DNA of 63,041 nt, counting the filler. It is 15 parts of 15 records of this genome, joined end to end, with 100 filler letters (N's around TTAATTAATTAA, not from the genome) between each part and the next. Parts side by side here need not be neighbours in the genome. Positions count along the whole stretch, not along the records: positions 1 to 14,896 come from SRR11831586_2024; 14 more parts are not named here. The stretch is one strand, 5' to 3'. A model generated the notes under the pieces. That model saw nothing but the letters and a program-made list of their open reading frames with translations, did no database searches and had not been told where the DNA came from. Both the position numbers and the translations under genes were made by a program. Below, one piece after another: positions 1-11,964 of the stretch. The number at the start of each line of letters is the position of its first letter. Position 1 is the first letter of the stretch.

Positions 1-708
1 CACATCTCTCATGAAATGTTAGATGTCAGTGAAATCACCACCACTGCTCCTGCGTTTTATGCCATTTTGCCGTTCACGCCGATCATCGGTGTACTGATTT
101 TTGACGGTAAATGGGGTCCGCAATTACACATCATCACTATTCTGGTGATTTGTATGCTGATTGCCTCCATTCTGGAGTTCCTCCGCAGCTTTAATACCCA
201 GAAAGTTTTCTCTGGTCTGGAAGTGGCTTATCGCGGGATGGCAGATGCGTTTGCTAACGTGGTGATGCTGCTGGTTGCCGCTGGGGTATTCGCTCAGGGG
301 CTTAGCACCATCGGCTTTATTCAAAGTCTGATTTCTATCGCTACCTCGTTTGGTTCGGCGAGTATCATCCTGATGCTGGTATTGGTGATTCTGACAATGC
401 TGGCGGCAGTCACGACCGGTTCAGGCAATGCGCCGTTTTATGCGTTTGTTGAGATGATCCCGAAACTGGCGCACTCTTCCGGCATTAACCCGGCGTATTT
501 GACTATCCCGATGCTGCAGGCGTCAAACCTTGGCCGTACCCTTTCGCCCGTTTCTGGCGTAGTCGTTGCGGTTGCCGGGATGGCGAAGATCTCGCCGTTT
601 GAAGTCGTAAAACGCACCTCGGTACCGGTGCTTGTTGGTTTGGTGATTGTTATCGTTGCTACAGAGCTGATGGTGCCAGGAACGGCAGCAGCGGTCACAG
701 GCAAGTAA
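1..708 (+). CDS. dcuC: Anaerobic C4-dicarboxylate transporter DcuC, 3' part (5' end outside window)
   Basis: Hydrophobic ORF with TTGSGNAPF and LGRTLSPVSGVV motifs; convergent with dpiA as in E. coli. Confidence 0.95.
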   Translation, partial: HISHEMLDVSEITTTAPAFYAILPFTPIIGVLIFDGKWGPQLHIITILVICMLIASILEFLRSFNTQKVFSGLEVAYRGMADAFANVVMLLVAAGVFAQGLSTIGFIQSLISIATSFGSASIILMLVLVILTMLAAVTTGSGNAPFYAFVEMIPKLAHSSGINPAYLTIPMLQASNLGRTLSPVSGVVVAVAGMAKISPFEVVKRTSVPVLVGLVIVIVATELMVPGTAAAVTGK

Positions 709-716
709 ATAGTAAT

Positions 717-739
717 GCCGGAGGCAAGTTTCCTCCGGC
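717..739. terminator. Hairpin between convergent dcuC and dpiA, probable terminator
   Basis: GCCGGAGG-caagttt-CCTCCGGC inverted repeat followed by TTT. Confidence 0.65.
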
Positions 740-748
740 TTTATCATG

Positions 749-1429
749 TCACCCACTGTGGTATATGCGTTGTGGTCTGCCAACTTTGCCGTGAACAATT
801 TCAGCAATAATCAGATGGCGGCTGGCGCAATATTCAAGATAACGCCTGGCAGTGGTGCGGCTGATGGTCAGTGCCTGCGCCACCGTTTCTGCCGTATGTT
901 GCACACCAGGCTCTTTAAACAGTTTTCGCACCGCGTTTAGCGTCAAGGGGTCAATGCCGGTCGGTAGCTCGTCCTTAGGTTCACCGCGAGCATAAGCATT
1001 AAACATCTCATCAATTTGCTTCTGGCTGGCGCTATCAATACTTTCCAGCATATGTTTACGCTGGCGGAAACGGGTTAGCGTTTGCCCCAGCCGTTCATAG
1101 GCAATGGGCTTAATGAGATAATCAAATACACCACAACGTACGGCTTCAGACACCGTTTCCATATCGCTGGCTGCAGTGGTAAACACCACGTCGCCGGGAT
1201 AATGCGCCTGCACCAGTTCATGCAGTAAATTAATCCCTCTACCGTCAGGAAGATAGTTATCGAGCAAGATTAGCCCCGGCTTAAAACGCTCGATCATCAT
1301 TCGGGCCTGCGCCAGATTTCCCGCCAGTAATATCTGACTGAATCCGGGAATGTGACGAATATATTCCGCATGCATCTCTGCCAGCGGCGTTTCGTCCTCA
1401 ACGATCAATAGGGTTAATGGAGCTGTCAT
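749..1429 (-). CDS. dpiA: Response regulator DpiA (CitB)
   Basis: 226 aa; receiver domain (LIVED, LLDNYLPD) plus C-terminal HTH (ISRTTARRYLEY). Confidence 0.97.
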   Translation of the reverse strand: MTAPLTLLIVEDETPLAEMHAEYIRHIPGFSQILLAGNLAQARMMIERFKPGLILLDNYLPDGRGINLLHELVQAHYPGDVVFTTAASDMETVSEAVRCGVFDYLIKPIAYERLGQTLTRFRQRKHMLESIDSASQKQIDEMFNAYARGEPKDELPTGIDPLTLNAVRKLFKEPGVQHTAETVAQALTISRTTARRYLEYCASRHLIIAEIVHGKVGRPQRIYHSG

Positions 1430-3056
1430 TAGGTTTCACTTTCGGAATATAGATTGAAAATAAGGTACCGCAGGGATCATTATCTTCGAGAGTGATAACA
1501 CCACCGCAGCGCGTTACGTAGCTGGCAATCAAGTACAACCCAATGCCATGTTCACCGGGCTCGTCAGCACGCGTACTGACCCCCTGCTCAAATATTTTGT
1601 CTCGTAGAGACTCTGGAACGCCGCAGCCCTGATCGGCGACTTCAATCACCACATCATCGCCTTCATCGCTGAGGAATAATTCAACGATCTTGTTTCCTTC
1701 ATCGCTACGCAGGCTGGCTTCGAAGGCGTTATCAAGTAAATTGCCCACAATGGCTGCAAACTCGGTGCTATCCAGTCCTGGCGGCAGTTGCGAAAGCTGG
1801 CTACCGGGGACAATGATCATTTTTAGCCCCAGTTCCCGGGCGCGCTGCACTTTACCAAAAAGCAGCCCCGCCACCTGGCGATCGGCAAACGCCTCGCGCA
1901 GGCTGTCAATAAGCTGTTGCTGGGCCTGAGACTCCCCCTGCACCATCGCCAGCACGCGATCATACTCTTTCATCTGCAACAGACCATTGAGCGTCGACAT
2001 CCAATTGAGATGCTCGTGTCGCAATGTACGAAGGCTCTCAACGTATTGTTTTATTTGCGTCAGTTGCGCATTGAGGGTGGAAATTTCGTCTTTACTACGA
2101 AAGCTGATAATGGCCCCCAGCAAATCATCACCTGAACGAATAGCTTCCCGGTTGGCAATAACGCTCAGACCGTTAAAGTTCGCCACCACATCCTGACGTT
2201 TTTCATCAATCTGTTCGGTAAAGAAATCGGCGGGCCTGACCACTTCAACAATGGGTTTACCCAACCATTGCCGTCCGGGGGAACTCAGCCCCAGCATCTT
2301 TCTTGCGTTACGATTGATGGCGGTAATGTAACCATGCGGATCCACCGCAATCAGCCCTTCATAAACCGAACTAAACAGCGCCTCTTGCTGACGGACCACG
2401 CGTGCGATTTGCTTTGGCTCCATGCCCATCATCTGCCGACGGATATGCGCGGCCAGGAACCACGACAGCAACATCAGAATCCCTAACAGCACGACAAACA
2501 CACCTGCCATCGGTAATAAAAACTCAGCCCGCCAGCTATCGATTTTACTCACCAGGTAGCCAATCGACACCACGCCGATGACTTTTCCATCGTCATCAAA
2601 GATTGGCGTTTTGGCGCGCATCGCCATCCCCATTGACCCTTTCCCGGTAATGAAGTAGCTCTCCCCTTTCTCCAGCGCGCCCTGTTTGGTGAACTGCATA
2701 GGATAACCAATTTTCTCCGGATTAGGATGGTAAAGGCGGATCGAGTGCCGGTCCCCAATCACCACATAATCAAAATCGGTATCTCTTTGTAATTTGTTAG
2801 CGATGGTCGCCAGCCGTTTGTAGTCACGCGTTTTCACCGCAGAGATGACACTGTCATTGGAGGCAATAATTTTCGCCTGATTCATTGCCATGTCGCGTAC
2901 ATGAAGCGTTAAATAGTCCTCAAAACTGGCCGTAAAATATTGCGCCAGGGCTGCAATGACAAATATTGAGAACACCAGAATCAGCAAAAAGATACGCAGC
3001 GGAAATGCCAGTCTTTGGAAAAATGCAAACTGTTTATTCTCGTTAAGCTGCAACAT
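1398..3056 (-). CDS. dpiB: Sensor histidine kinase DpiB (CitA)
   Basis: 552 aa from MLQLNENK; two TM segments, PAS, H-box RHEHLN, N-box NLLDNAFEA, G-boxes. Confidence 0.97.
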   Translation of the reverse strand: MLQLNENKQFAFFQRLAFPLRIFLLILVFSIFVIAALAQYFTASFEDYLTLHVRDMAMNQAKIIASNDSVISAVKTRDYKRLATIANKLQRDTDFDYVVIGDRHSIRLYHPNPEKIGYPMQFTKQGALEKGESYFITGKGSMGMAMRAKTPIFDDDGKVIGVVSIGYLVSKIDSWRAEFLLPMAGVFVVLLGILMLLSWFLAAHIRRQMMGMEPKQIARVVRQQEALFSSVYEGLIAVDPHGYITAINRNARKMLGLSSPGRQWLGKPIVEVVRPADFFTEQIDEKRQDVVANFNGLSVIANREAIRSGDDLLGAIISFRSKDEISTLNAQLTQIKQYVESLRTLRHEHLNWMSTLNGLLQMKEYDRVLAMVQGESQAQQQLIDSLREAFADRQVAGLLFGKVQRARELGLKMIIVPGSQLSQLPPGLDSTEFAAIVGNLLDNAFEASLRSDEGNKIVELFLSDEGDDVVIEVADQGCGVPESLRDKIFEQGVSTRADEPGEHGIGLYLIASYVTRCGGVITLEDNDPCGTLFSIYIPKVKPNDSSINPIDR

Positions 3057-3434
3057 TGTTTTCCTTGCGGGTTGTCCCGAGCCTCTTTGACGGATGTAAT
3101 TAAAATGTTGAATCAAAATACATAGATATTAATTATGATCGTGGCAAATTTTATTCATTAAATCAATTAAATCACTTAAACCTGCGAGTCATTTCGTAAT
3201 TACATTAATTAAAAAACTTAAAATCATTAAATAAATAAAAAACCACTAACTCTATGTGAAATAAATCAAAATTTCACGCCGAAATACTCCTTAGGATGTA
3301 TAGCGAAAGGAGAAAAAGATATACCTCGATCACCCCCTTTCTCCCAAGTGAAAATAAAAGGTTATCAGTTTGCAACATTGAACAACATTCGTTGCAAATC
3401 GATAACAACATGCACCTTCAGGATACTATTTATT
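3057..3434. promoter_or_regulatory. AT-rich divergent dpiB/citC promoter region
   Basis: Very AT-rich intergenic region between divergent operons; known to be DpiA-controlled, individual sites not mapped here. Confidence 0.6.
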
Positions 3435-4493
3435 ATGTTCGGCAATGATATTTTCACCCGCGTAAAACGTTCAGAAAATAAAAAAATGGCGGAAATCGCC
3501 CAATTCCTGCATGAAAATGATTTGAGCGTTGACACCACAGTCGAAGTATTTATTACCGTAACCCGCGATGAAAAGCTTATCGCGTGCGGTGGAATTGCCG
3601 GAAATATTATTAAATGCGTTGCTATCAGTGAATCCGTCCGCGGTGAAGGACTGGCGCTGACATTAGCCACTGAATTGATAAACCTCGCCTATGAGCGGCA
3701 CAGCACGCATCTGTTTATTTATACCAAAACCGAATACGAGGCGCTGTTCCGCCAGTGCGGTTTTTCCACGCTGACCAGCGTACCCGGCGTGATGGTGCTG
3801 ATGGAAAACAGCGCCACGCGACTGAAACGCTATGCCGAATCGCTGAAAAAATTTCGTCATCCAGGGAACAAGATTGGCTGCATTGTGATGAACGCCAATC
3901 CCTTTACGAATGGTCACCGTTATCTGATTCAACAGGCTGCGGCACAGTGCGACTGGTTGCATCTGTTTTTAGTCAAAGAAGATTCTTCACGCTTCCCCTA
4001 TGAAGACCGGCTGGATTTGGTGTTAAAAGGCACCGCCGATATTCCACGCCTGACTGTGCATCGTGGCTCCGAATACATCATCTCCCGCGCTACGTTCCCT
4101 TGCTACTTCATTAAAGAACAGAGCGTCATTAACCATTGTTACACCGAAATTGATCTGAAGATTTTCCGTCAGTACCTCGCTCCCGCGCTGGGTGTAACTC
4201 ACCGCTTTGTCGGTACTGAACCCTTTTGTCGCGTTACCGCCCAGTACAACCAGGATATGCGCTACTGGCTGGAAACGCCGACTATCTCCGCACCGCCCAT
4301 CGAACTGGTTGAAATTGAGCGGCTGCGTTACCAGGAGATGCCGATATCCGCTTCCCGGGTACGTCAACTGCTGGCGAAAAACGATCTCACGGCTATCGCG
4401 CCGCTGGTCCCTGCAGTCACGCTGCATTATTTGCAGAACCTGCTTGAGCACTCCCGCCAGGACGCGGCAGCTCGTCAAAAGACCCCCGCATGA
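3435..4493 (+). CDS. citC: Citrate lyase ligase CitC
   Basis: 352 aa from MFGNDIF; N-terminal GNAT-like domain, MNANPFTNGH nucleotidyltransferase motif, ISASRVR. Confidence 0.97.
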   Translation: MFGNDIFTRVKRSENKKMAEIAQFLHENDLSVDTTVEVFITVTRDEKLIACGGIAGNIIKCVAISESVRGEGLALTLATELINLAYERHSTHLFIYTKTEYEALFRQCGFSTLTSVPGVMVLMENSATRLKRYAESLKKFRHPGNKIGCIVMNANPFTNGHRYLIQQAAAQCDWLHLFLVKEDSSRFPYEDRLDLVLKGTADIPRLTVHRGSEYIISRATFPCYFIKEQSVINHCYTEIDLKIFRQYLAPALGVTHRFVGTEPFCRVTAQYNQDMRYWLETPTISAPPIELVEIERLRYQEMPISASRVRQLLAKNDLTAIAPLVPAVTLHYLQNLLEHSRQDAAARQKTPA

Positions 4494-4507
4494 GAAACAG
4501 GTGAAAA

Positions 4508-4804
4508 ATGAAAATAAACCAGCCCGCCGTTGCAGGCACCCTTGAGTCTGGGGATGTGATGATACGCATCGCCCCACTCGATACGCAGGATATCGACCTG
4601 CAAATCAATAGCAGCGTTGAGAAACAGTTTGGCGATGCAATTCGCACCACCATTCTGGACGTTCTCGCCCGCTACAACGTGCGCGGCGTACAGCTGAATG
4701 TCGATGACAAAGGCGCACTGGACTGCATTTTACGTGCACGACTGGAAGCCCTGCTGGCACGCGCCAGCGGTATCCCGGCTCTGCCATGGGAGGATTGCCA
4801 ATGA
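4508..4804 (+). CDS. citD: Citrate lyase acyl carrier protein (gamma subunit)
   Basis: 98 aa; AGTLESGD prosthetic-group serine motif. Confidence 0.97.
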
Positions 4805-5709
4805 TTTCCGCTTCGCTGCAACAACGTAAAACTCGCACCCGCCGCAGCATGTTGTTTGTGCCTGGTGCCAATGCCGCGATGGTCAGCAACTCCTTCATCT
4901 ACCCGGCTGATGCCCTGATGTTTGACCTCGAAGACTCCGTAGCATTGCGTGAAAAAGACACCGCCCGCCGCATGGTTTACCACGCGCTGCAACATCCGCT
5001 GTATCGCGATATTGAAACCATTGTGCGTGTCAACGCGCTGGATTCCGAATGGGGTGTTAACGACCTGGAAGCCGTCGTTCGCGGTGGTGCGGACGTTGTG
5101 CGTCTGCCGAAAACCGATACCGCTCAGGATGTTCTGGATATTGAAAAAGAGATCCTGCGTATCGAAAAAGCCTGTGGTCGTGAACCCGGCAGCACCGGCC
5201 TGCTGGCGGCGATTGAATCTCCGCTGGGGATTACCCGCGCAGTGGAAATCGCTCACGCTTCCGAGCGTTTGATCGGTATCGCCCTCGGTGCAGAAGACTA
5301 TGTGCGCAACCTGCGTACAGAACGCTCCCCGGAAGGAACTGAACTGCTGTTCGCACGCTGTTCCATTTTGCAGGCCGCGCGCTCTGCGGGTATTCAGGCG
5401 TTCGATACCGTCTATTCCGACGCTAACAACGAAGCCGGATTTCTGCAAGAAGCCGCCCACATCAAACAGCTGGGCTTTGACGGCAAATCGCTGATCAACC
5501 CGCGTCAGATTGATCTGCTGCACAACCTCTACGCACCGACCCAGAAAGAAGTGGATCACGCCCGCCGCGTCGTAGAAGCCGCTGAAGCCGCCGCTCGCGA
5601 AGGCCTCGGCGTGGTTTCCCTGAACGGCAAGATGGTGGACGGTCCGGTTATCGATCGCGCCCGTCTGGTGCTCTCCCGTGCAGAACTTTCCGGCATCCGC
5701 GAAGAATAA
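4801..5709 (+). CDS. citE: Citrate lyase beta subunit (citryl-ACP lyase)
   Basis: 302 aa; [26 protein letters not shown]. Confidence 0.97.
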
Positions 5710-5719
5710 GGCAATCAAA

Positions 5720-7252
5720 ATGACGCAGAAAATTGAACAATCTCAACGACAAGAACGGGTAGCGGCCTGGAATCGTCGCGCTGAATGCGATCTTGCCGCT
5801 TTCCAGAACTCGCCAAAGCAAACCTACCAGGCTGAAAAAGCGCGCGATCGCAAACTGTGCGCCAACCTGGAAGAAGCGATTCGTCGCTCTGGTTTACAGG
5901 ACGGCATGACGGTTTCCTTCCATCACGCTTTCCGTGGCGGTGACCTGACCGTCAATATGGTGATGGACGTCATCGCGAAGATGGGCTTTAAAAACCTGAC
6001 CCTGGCGTCCAGCTCCCTGAGTGATTGCCATGCGCCGCTGGTAGAACACATTCGCCAGGGCGTGGTTACCCGCATTTATACCTCCGGCCTGCGTGGTCCA
6101 CTGGCGGAAGAGATCTCCCGTGGTCTGCTGGCAGAACCGGTGCAGATCCACTCTCACGGCGGTCGTGTGCATCTGGTACAGAGCGGCGAACTGAATATCG
6201 ACGTGGCTTTCCTCGGCGTCCCGTCCTGTGATGAATTCGGTAATGCCAACGGCTACACCGGTAAAGCCTGCTGCGGCTCCCTCGGCTATGCAATAGTTGA
6301 TGCCGACAACGCAAAACAGGTCGTGATGCTTACCGAAGAACTGCTGCCTTATCCGCATAATCCGGCAAGCATTGAGCAAGATCAGGTTGATTTGATCGTC
6401 AAAGTTGACCGCGTTGGCGATGCTGCAAAAATCGGCGCTGGCGCGACCCGTATGACCACTAACCCGCGCGAACTGCTTATTGCCCGTAGCGCTGCGGATG
6501 TGATTGTCAACTCTGGCTACTTCAAAGAAGGTTTCTCCATGCAAACCGGCACCGGCGGCGCATCGCTGGCGGTAACCCGTTTCCTGGAAGACAAAATGCG
6601 TAGCCGCGATATTCGCGCCGACTTCGCCCTTGGCGGTATTACCGCGACGATGGTTGACCTGCACGAAAAAGGTCTGATCCGCAAACTGCTGGATGTGCAG
6701 AGCTTTGACAGCCATGCTGCGCAATCGCTGGCCCGTAACCCCAATCACATCGAAATCAGCGCCAACCAGTACGCTAACTGGGGTTCGAAAGGCGCATCGG
6801 TTGATCGTCTCGACGTGGTGGTACTGAGCGCGCTGGAAATTGACACCCAGTTCAACGTTAACGTGCTGACCGGCTCTGACGGCGTACTGCGTGGTGCTTC
6901 CGGTGGTCACTGCGATACCGCGATTGCCTCTGCGCTTTCCATCATCGTCGCGCCGCTGGTACGCGGTCGTATTCCGACTCTGGTGGATAACGTACTGACC
7001 TGCATCACCCCAGGCTCCAGTGTCGATATTCTGGTCACAGACCACGGTATCGCAGTTAACCCGGCACGTCCGGAACTGGCAGAACGTCTGCAGGAAGCGG
7101 GCATTAAAGTGGTTTCCATTGAGTGGCTGCGCGAACGTGCGCGTCTGCTGACCGGTGAACCACAGCCGATTGAATTCACAGACCGCGTCGTTGCCGTTGT
7201 GCGTTACCGCGATGGCTCGGTGATCGATGTTGTGCATCAGGTGAAGGAATAA
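5720..7252 (+). CDS. citF: Citrate lyase alpha subunit (citrate-ACP transferase)
   Basis: 510 aa from MTQKIEQ; SFHHAFRGGD, GASGGHCD. Confidence 0.97.
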   Translation: MTQKIEQSQRQERVAAWNRRAECDLAAFQNSPKQTYQAEKARDRKLCANLEEAIRRSGLQDGMTVSFHHAFRGGDLTVNMVMDVIAKMGFKNLTLASSSLSDCHAPLVEHIRQGVVTRIYTSGLRGPLAEEISRGLLAEPVQIHSHGGRVHLVQSGELNIDVAFLGVPSCDEFGNANGYTGKACCGSLGYAIVDADNAKQVVMLTEELLPYPHNPASIEQDQVDLIVKVDRVGDAAKIGAGATRMTTNPRELLIARSAADVIVNSGYFKEGFSMQTGTGGASLAVTRFLEDKMRSRDIRADFALGGITATMVDLHEKGLIRKLLDVQSFDSHAAQSLARNPNHIEISANQYANWGSKGASVDRLDVVVLSALEIDTQFNVNVLTGSDGVLRGASGGHCDTAIASALSIIVAPLVRGRIPTLVDNVLTCITPGSSVDILVTDHGIAVNPARPELAERLQEAGIKVVSIEWLRERARLLTGEPQPIEFTDRVVAVVRYRDGSVIDVVHQVKE

Positions 7253-7255
7253 GCC

Positions 7256-8660
<1,405 letters not shown>

Positions 8661-8710
8661 TTATTTAAGCACTTGATAAATTTGGAAATATTAATTTTCG
8701 GAGAACCCGT

Positions 8711-10174
8711 ATGTCTTTAGCAAAAGATAATATATGGAAACTATTGGCCCCACTGGTGGTGATGGGTGTCATGTTTCTTATCCCTGTCCCCGACGGTATG
8801 CCGCCGCAGGCATGGCATTACTTCGCTGTGTTTGTGGCAATGATTGTCGGCATGATCCTCGAGCCAATTCCGGCAACAGCGATCAGTTTTATTGCGGTTA
8901 CTATTTGCGTTATTGGCAGTAATTACCTGCTCTTTGATGCCAAAGAATTAGCTGACCCAGCGTTTAATGCGCAAAAACAGGCGCTGAAATGGGGCCTGGC
9001 TGGTTTTTCCAGCACCACGGTATGGCTGGTATTTGGCGCATTTATTTTTGCATTAGGGTATGAAGTTTCCGGGTTAGGTCGTCGCATTGCCCTTTTCCTG
9101 GTGAAATTCATGGGCAAACGCACGCTGACGTTGGGTTATGCGATTGTCATTATCGACATTCTGCTGGCACCGTTTACACCTTCCAACACCGCGCGTACCG
9201 GGGGTACGGTTTTTCCGGTCATTAAAAACCTGCCGCCGTTGTTTAAATCATTCCCGAACGATCCGTCCGCGCGTCGTATTGGCGGCTATTTGATGTGGAT
9301 GATGGTCATTAGTACCAGTCTGAGTTCGTCCATGTTTGTCACCGGTGCGGCACCAAACGTGCTGGGTCTGGAGTTCGTCAGCAAAATTGCCGGTATCCAG
9401 ATTAGCTGGTTGCAGTGGTTCCTCTGCTTCCTGCCGGTTGGGGTTATCTTGCTTATCATTGCGCCGTGGCTTTCCTACGTGCTGTACAAACCGGAAATCA
9501 CACACAGTGAAGAAGTGGCAACCTGGGCGGGTGATGAACTGAAAACCATGGGTGCGCTGACACGCAGAGAGTGGACACTGATTGGCCTTGTATTGCTCAG
9601 CTTAGGTTTGTGGGTATTTGGCAGTGAAGTCATTAATGCTACTGCGGTTGGTCTGCTGGCAGTTTCGCTAATGCTGGCCCTGCACGTTGTGCCTTGGAAA
9701 GACATTACCCGCTATAACAGCGCATGGAACACACTGGTCAACCTGGCAACTCTGGTTGTGATGGCTAACGGCCTGACTCGTTCTGGTTTTATTGACTGGT
9801 TCGCCGGTACCATGAGTACGCACCTGGAAGGATTCTCACCAAACGCAACGGTGATTGTACTGGTTCTGGTGTTCTACTTTGCACACTACCTGTTTGCCAG
9901 CCTGTCTGCGCACACCGCAACCATGCTGCCGGTTATTCTGGCCGTCGGTAAAGGTATTCCGGGCGTACCAATGGAACAACTGTGTATCCTGCTGGTGCTG
10001 TCTATCGGTATCATGGGCTGTCTGACGCCGTATGCAACCGGTCCTGGGGTGATTATTTACGGCTGTGGCTATGTGAAATCAAAAGATTACTGGCGTCTTG
10101 GCGCAATCTTCGGGGTGATTTACATCTCTATGTTGCTGTTGGTTGGCTGGCCGATTCTCGCCATGTGGAACTAA
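8711..10174 (+). CDS. citT: Citrate:succinate antiporter (DASS family)
   Basis: 487 aa polytopic membrane protein; PSNTARTGG, TPYATGP. Confidence 0.97.
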   Translation: MSLAKDNIWKLLAPLVVMGVMFLIPVPDGMPPQAWHYFAVFVAMIVGMILEPIPATAISFIAVTICVIGSNYLLFDAKELADPAFNAQKQALKWGLAGFSSTTVWLVFGAFIFALGYEVSGLGRRIALFLVKFMGKRTLTLGYAIVIIDILLAPFTPSNTARTGGTVFPVIKNLPPLFKSFPNDPSARRIGGYLMWMMVISTSLSSSMFVTGAAPNVLGLEFVSKIAGIQISWLQWFLCFLPVGVILLIIAPWLSYVLYKPEITHSEEVATWAGDELKTMGALTRREWTLIGLVLLSLGLWVFGSEVINATAVGLLAVSLMLALHVVPWKDITRYNSAWNTLVNLATLVVMANGLTRSGFIDWFAGTMSTHLEGFSPNATVIVLVLVFYFAHYLFASLSAHTATMLPVILAVGKGIPGVPMEQLCILLVLSIGIMGCLTPYATGPGVIIYGCGYVKSKDYWRLGAIFGVIYISMLLLVGWPILAMWN

Positions 10175-10205
10175 TACGTTCGCCAAACGCTGAATAAATC
10201 ATCAC

Positions 10206-10238
10206 GCCCGCCAGGTAAGCCCACCTGGCGGGCTTTTT
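10206..10238 (+). terminator. Rho-independent terminator after citT
   Basis: GCCCGCCAGGT-aagccc-ACCTGGCGGGC followed by a T-run. Confidence 0.85.
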
Positions 10239-10287
10239 TATGATTTAATAGATAGTATTCAGTGTATGTATGAGTTCCACACCCATT

Positions 10288-11094
10288 ATGAAAGCATTCT
10301 GGCGTAACGCCGCGTTGCTCGCGGTTTCTCTGCTTCCCTTCTCTTCTGCCAACGCCTTAGCGTTGCAGGCAAAACAGTATGGCGATTTTGATCGCTATGT
10401 CCTGGCCCTCTCCTGGCAAACCGGATTTTGCCAGAGTCAACACGATCGAAATCGTAACGAACGAGATGAATGTCGCCTGCAAACCGAAACGACCAACAAA
10501 GCTGATTTTCTGACCGTACATGGTCTGTGGCCAGGATTGCCTAAATCGGTTGCTGCCCGTGGTGTTGATGAACGCCGCTGGATGCGCTTCGGTTGCGCTA
10601 CTCGCCCAATCCCGAATCTACCAGAAGCGCGCGCCAGCCGAATGTGTTCATCGCCGGAAACCGGATTATCACTGGAAACGGCCGCTAAACTAAGTGAAGT
10701 CATGCCAGGAGCTGGCGGACGTTCCTGCCTGGAACGCTACGAATATGCCAAACACGGTGCCTGCTTTGGTTTTGATCCGGACGCATACTTCGGTACGATG
10801 GTACGCCTGAATCAAGAAATTAAAGAGAGCGAAGCCGGAAAATTCCTTGCGGATAATTACGGTAAAACAGTGAGCCGCCGTGACTTTGACGCCGCCTTTG
10901 CCAAAAGCTGGGGAAAAGAGAACGTGAAAGCAGTTAAGCTAACGTGCCAGGGTAACCCTGCGTATTTGACTGAAATTCAGATCTCGATCAAAGCTGACGC
11001 CATCAACGCTCCGCTTTCTGCAAACTCATTCTTGCCACAACCTCACCCAGGTAACTGTGGCAAAACCTTTGTGATTGATAAAGCGGGTTATTAA
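10288..11094 (+). CDS. rna: Ribonuclease I (RNase T2 family)
   Basis: 268 aa from MKAFWRN; signal peptide, TVHGLWP and YEYAKHGAC active-site motifs. Confidence 0.97.
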   Translation: MKAFWRNAALLAVSLLPFSSANALALQAKQYGDFDRYVLALSWQTGFCQSQHDRNRNERDECRLQTETTNKADFLTVHGLWPGLPKSVAARGVDERRWMRFGCATRPIPNLPEARASRMCSSPETGLSLETAAKLSEVMPGAGGRSCLERYEYAKHGACFGFDPDAYFGTMVRLNQEIKESEAGKFLADNYGKTVSRRDFDAAFAKSWGKENVKAVKLTCQGNPAYLTEIQISIKADAINAPLSANSFLPQPHPGNCGKTFVIDKAGY

Positions 11095-11240
11095 TCATCT
11101 GATTTACAAAACACGCTAATTCGTCTTCCATAAACCAAGGCGATTAAGATTTATACATAATGCGCTGCATTGAGGAATTCCCTGAATGTGACGCAAATCA
11201 CTTCAAAGAGTGAGCAACAGTCAGTATCATCATGTGAGTT

Positions 11241-11275
11241 AAACCCTCGCCGCCTGACGGTGAGGGTTTTCTTTT
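11241..11275 (+). promoter_or_regulatory. Terminator-like hairpin in the rnk leader (putative attenuator)
   Basis: AAACCCTCGCCG-cctga-CGGTGAGGGTTTTCTTTT about 50 nt upstream of rnk; fits the described enterobacterial rnk leader element. Confidence 0.6.
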
Positions 11276-11323
11276 GGGTATGTTTATCTGCGACACTCGC
11301 AGCACCGACGACATGGAGTAAAA

Positions 11324-11734
11324 ATGTCCAGACCAACTATCATCATTAACGACCTGGATGCCGAACGCATCGATATTCTGCTGGAGCAACCCGCCTATGC
11401 TGGTTTGCCAATCGCCGACGCGTTAAACGCAGAGTTGGATCGCGCCCAAATGTGTTCGCCAGAAGAGATGCCACACGACGTGGTGACAATGAACAGCCGG
11501 GTTAAATTCCGCAATCTTAGCGATGGCGAAGTGCGTGTGCGCACGCTGGTGTATCCGGCAAAAATGACCGATAGCAATACTCAGCTTTCCGTTATGGCTC
11601 CGGTAGGTGCCGCACTGCTGGGGCTGCGCGTTGGCGATTCCATTCACTGGGAACTTCCGGGCGGCGTTGCAACCCACCTTGAAGTGCTGGAACTCGAATA
11701 CCAGCCAGAAGCTGCTGGCGACTACCTGCTTTAA
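11324..11734 (+). CDS. rnk: Regulator of nucleoside diphosphate kinase (GreA/B-like)
   Basis: 136 aa; [21 protein letters not shown]. Confidence 0.97.
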
Positions 11735-11871
11735 TCCCATCTGCACAAGCGATAACTCGCTTTGCCCAGAGGATGCACTCGCATCCTCTTTACGCAAAAT
11801 CAGCAATTTTTCCTGGTTCTCACTGTTCACTTTTGCTGCAAAATTATTCCGTTTCGTTTGTGGGAATAACC

Positions 11872-11961
11872 ATGGCAGAAGCATTTTACATCCTGATAGG
11901 ATTTCTGATTATGGCGGCGATTATCGTCATGGCTGTCCTTTACCTCGAAAACCACTCCTGA
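11872..11961 (+). CDS. yldA: Small membrane protein YldA (29 aa)
   Basis: MAEAFYILIGFLIMAAIIVMAVLYLENHS; single TM helix between rnk and ybdR. Confidence 0.8.
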   Translation: MAEAFYILIGFLIMAAIIVMAVLYLENHS

Positions 11962-11964
11962 CGA

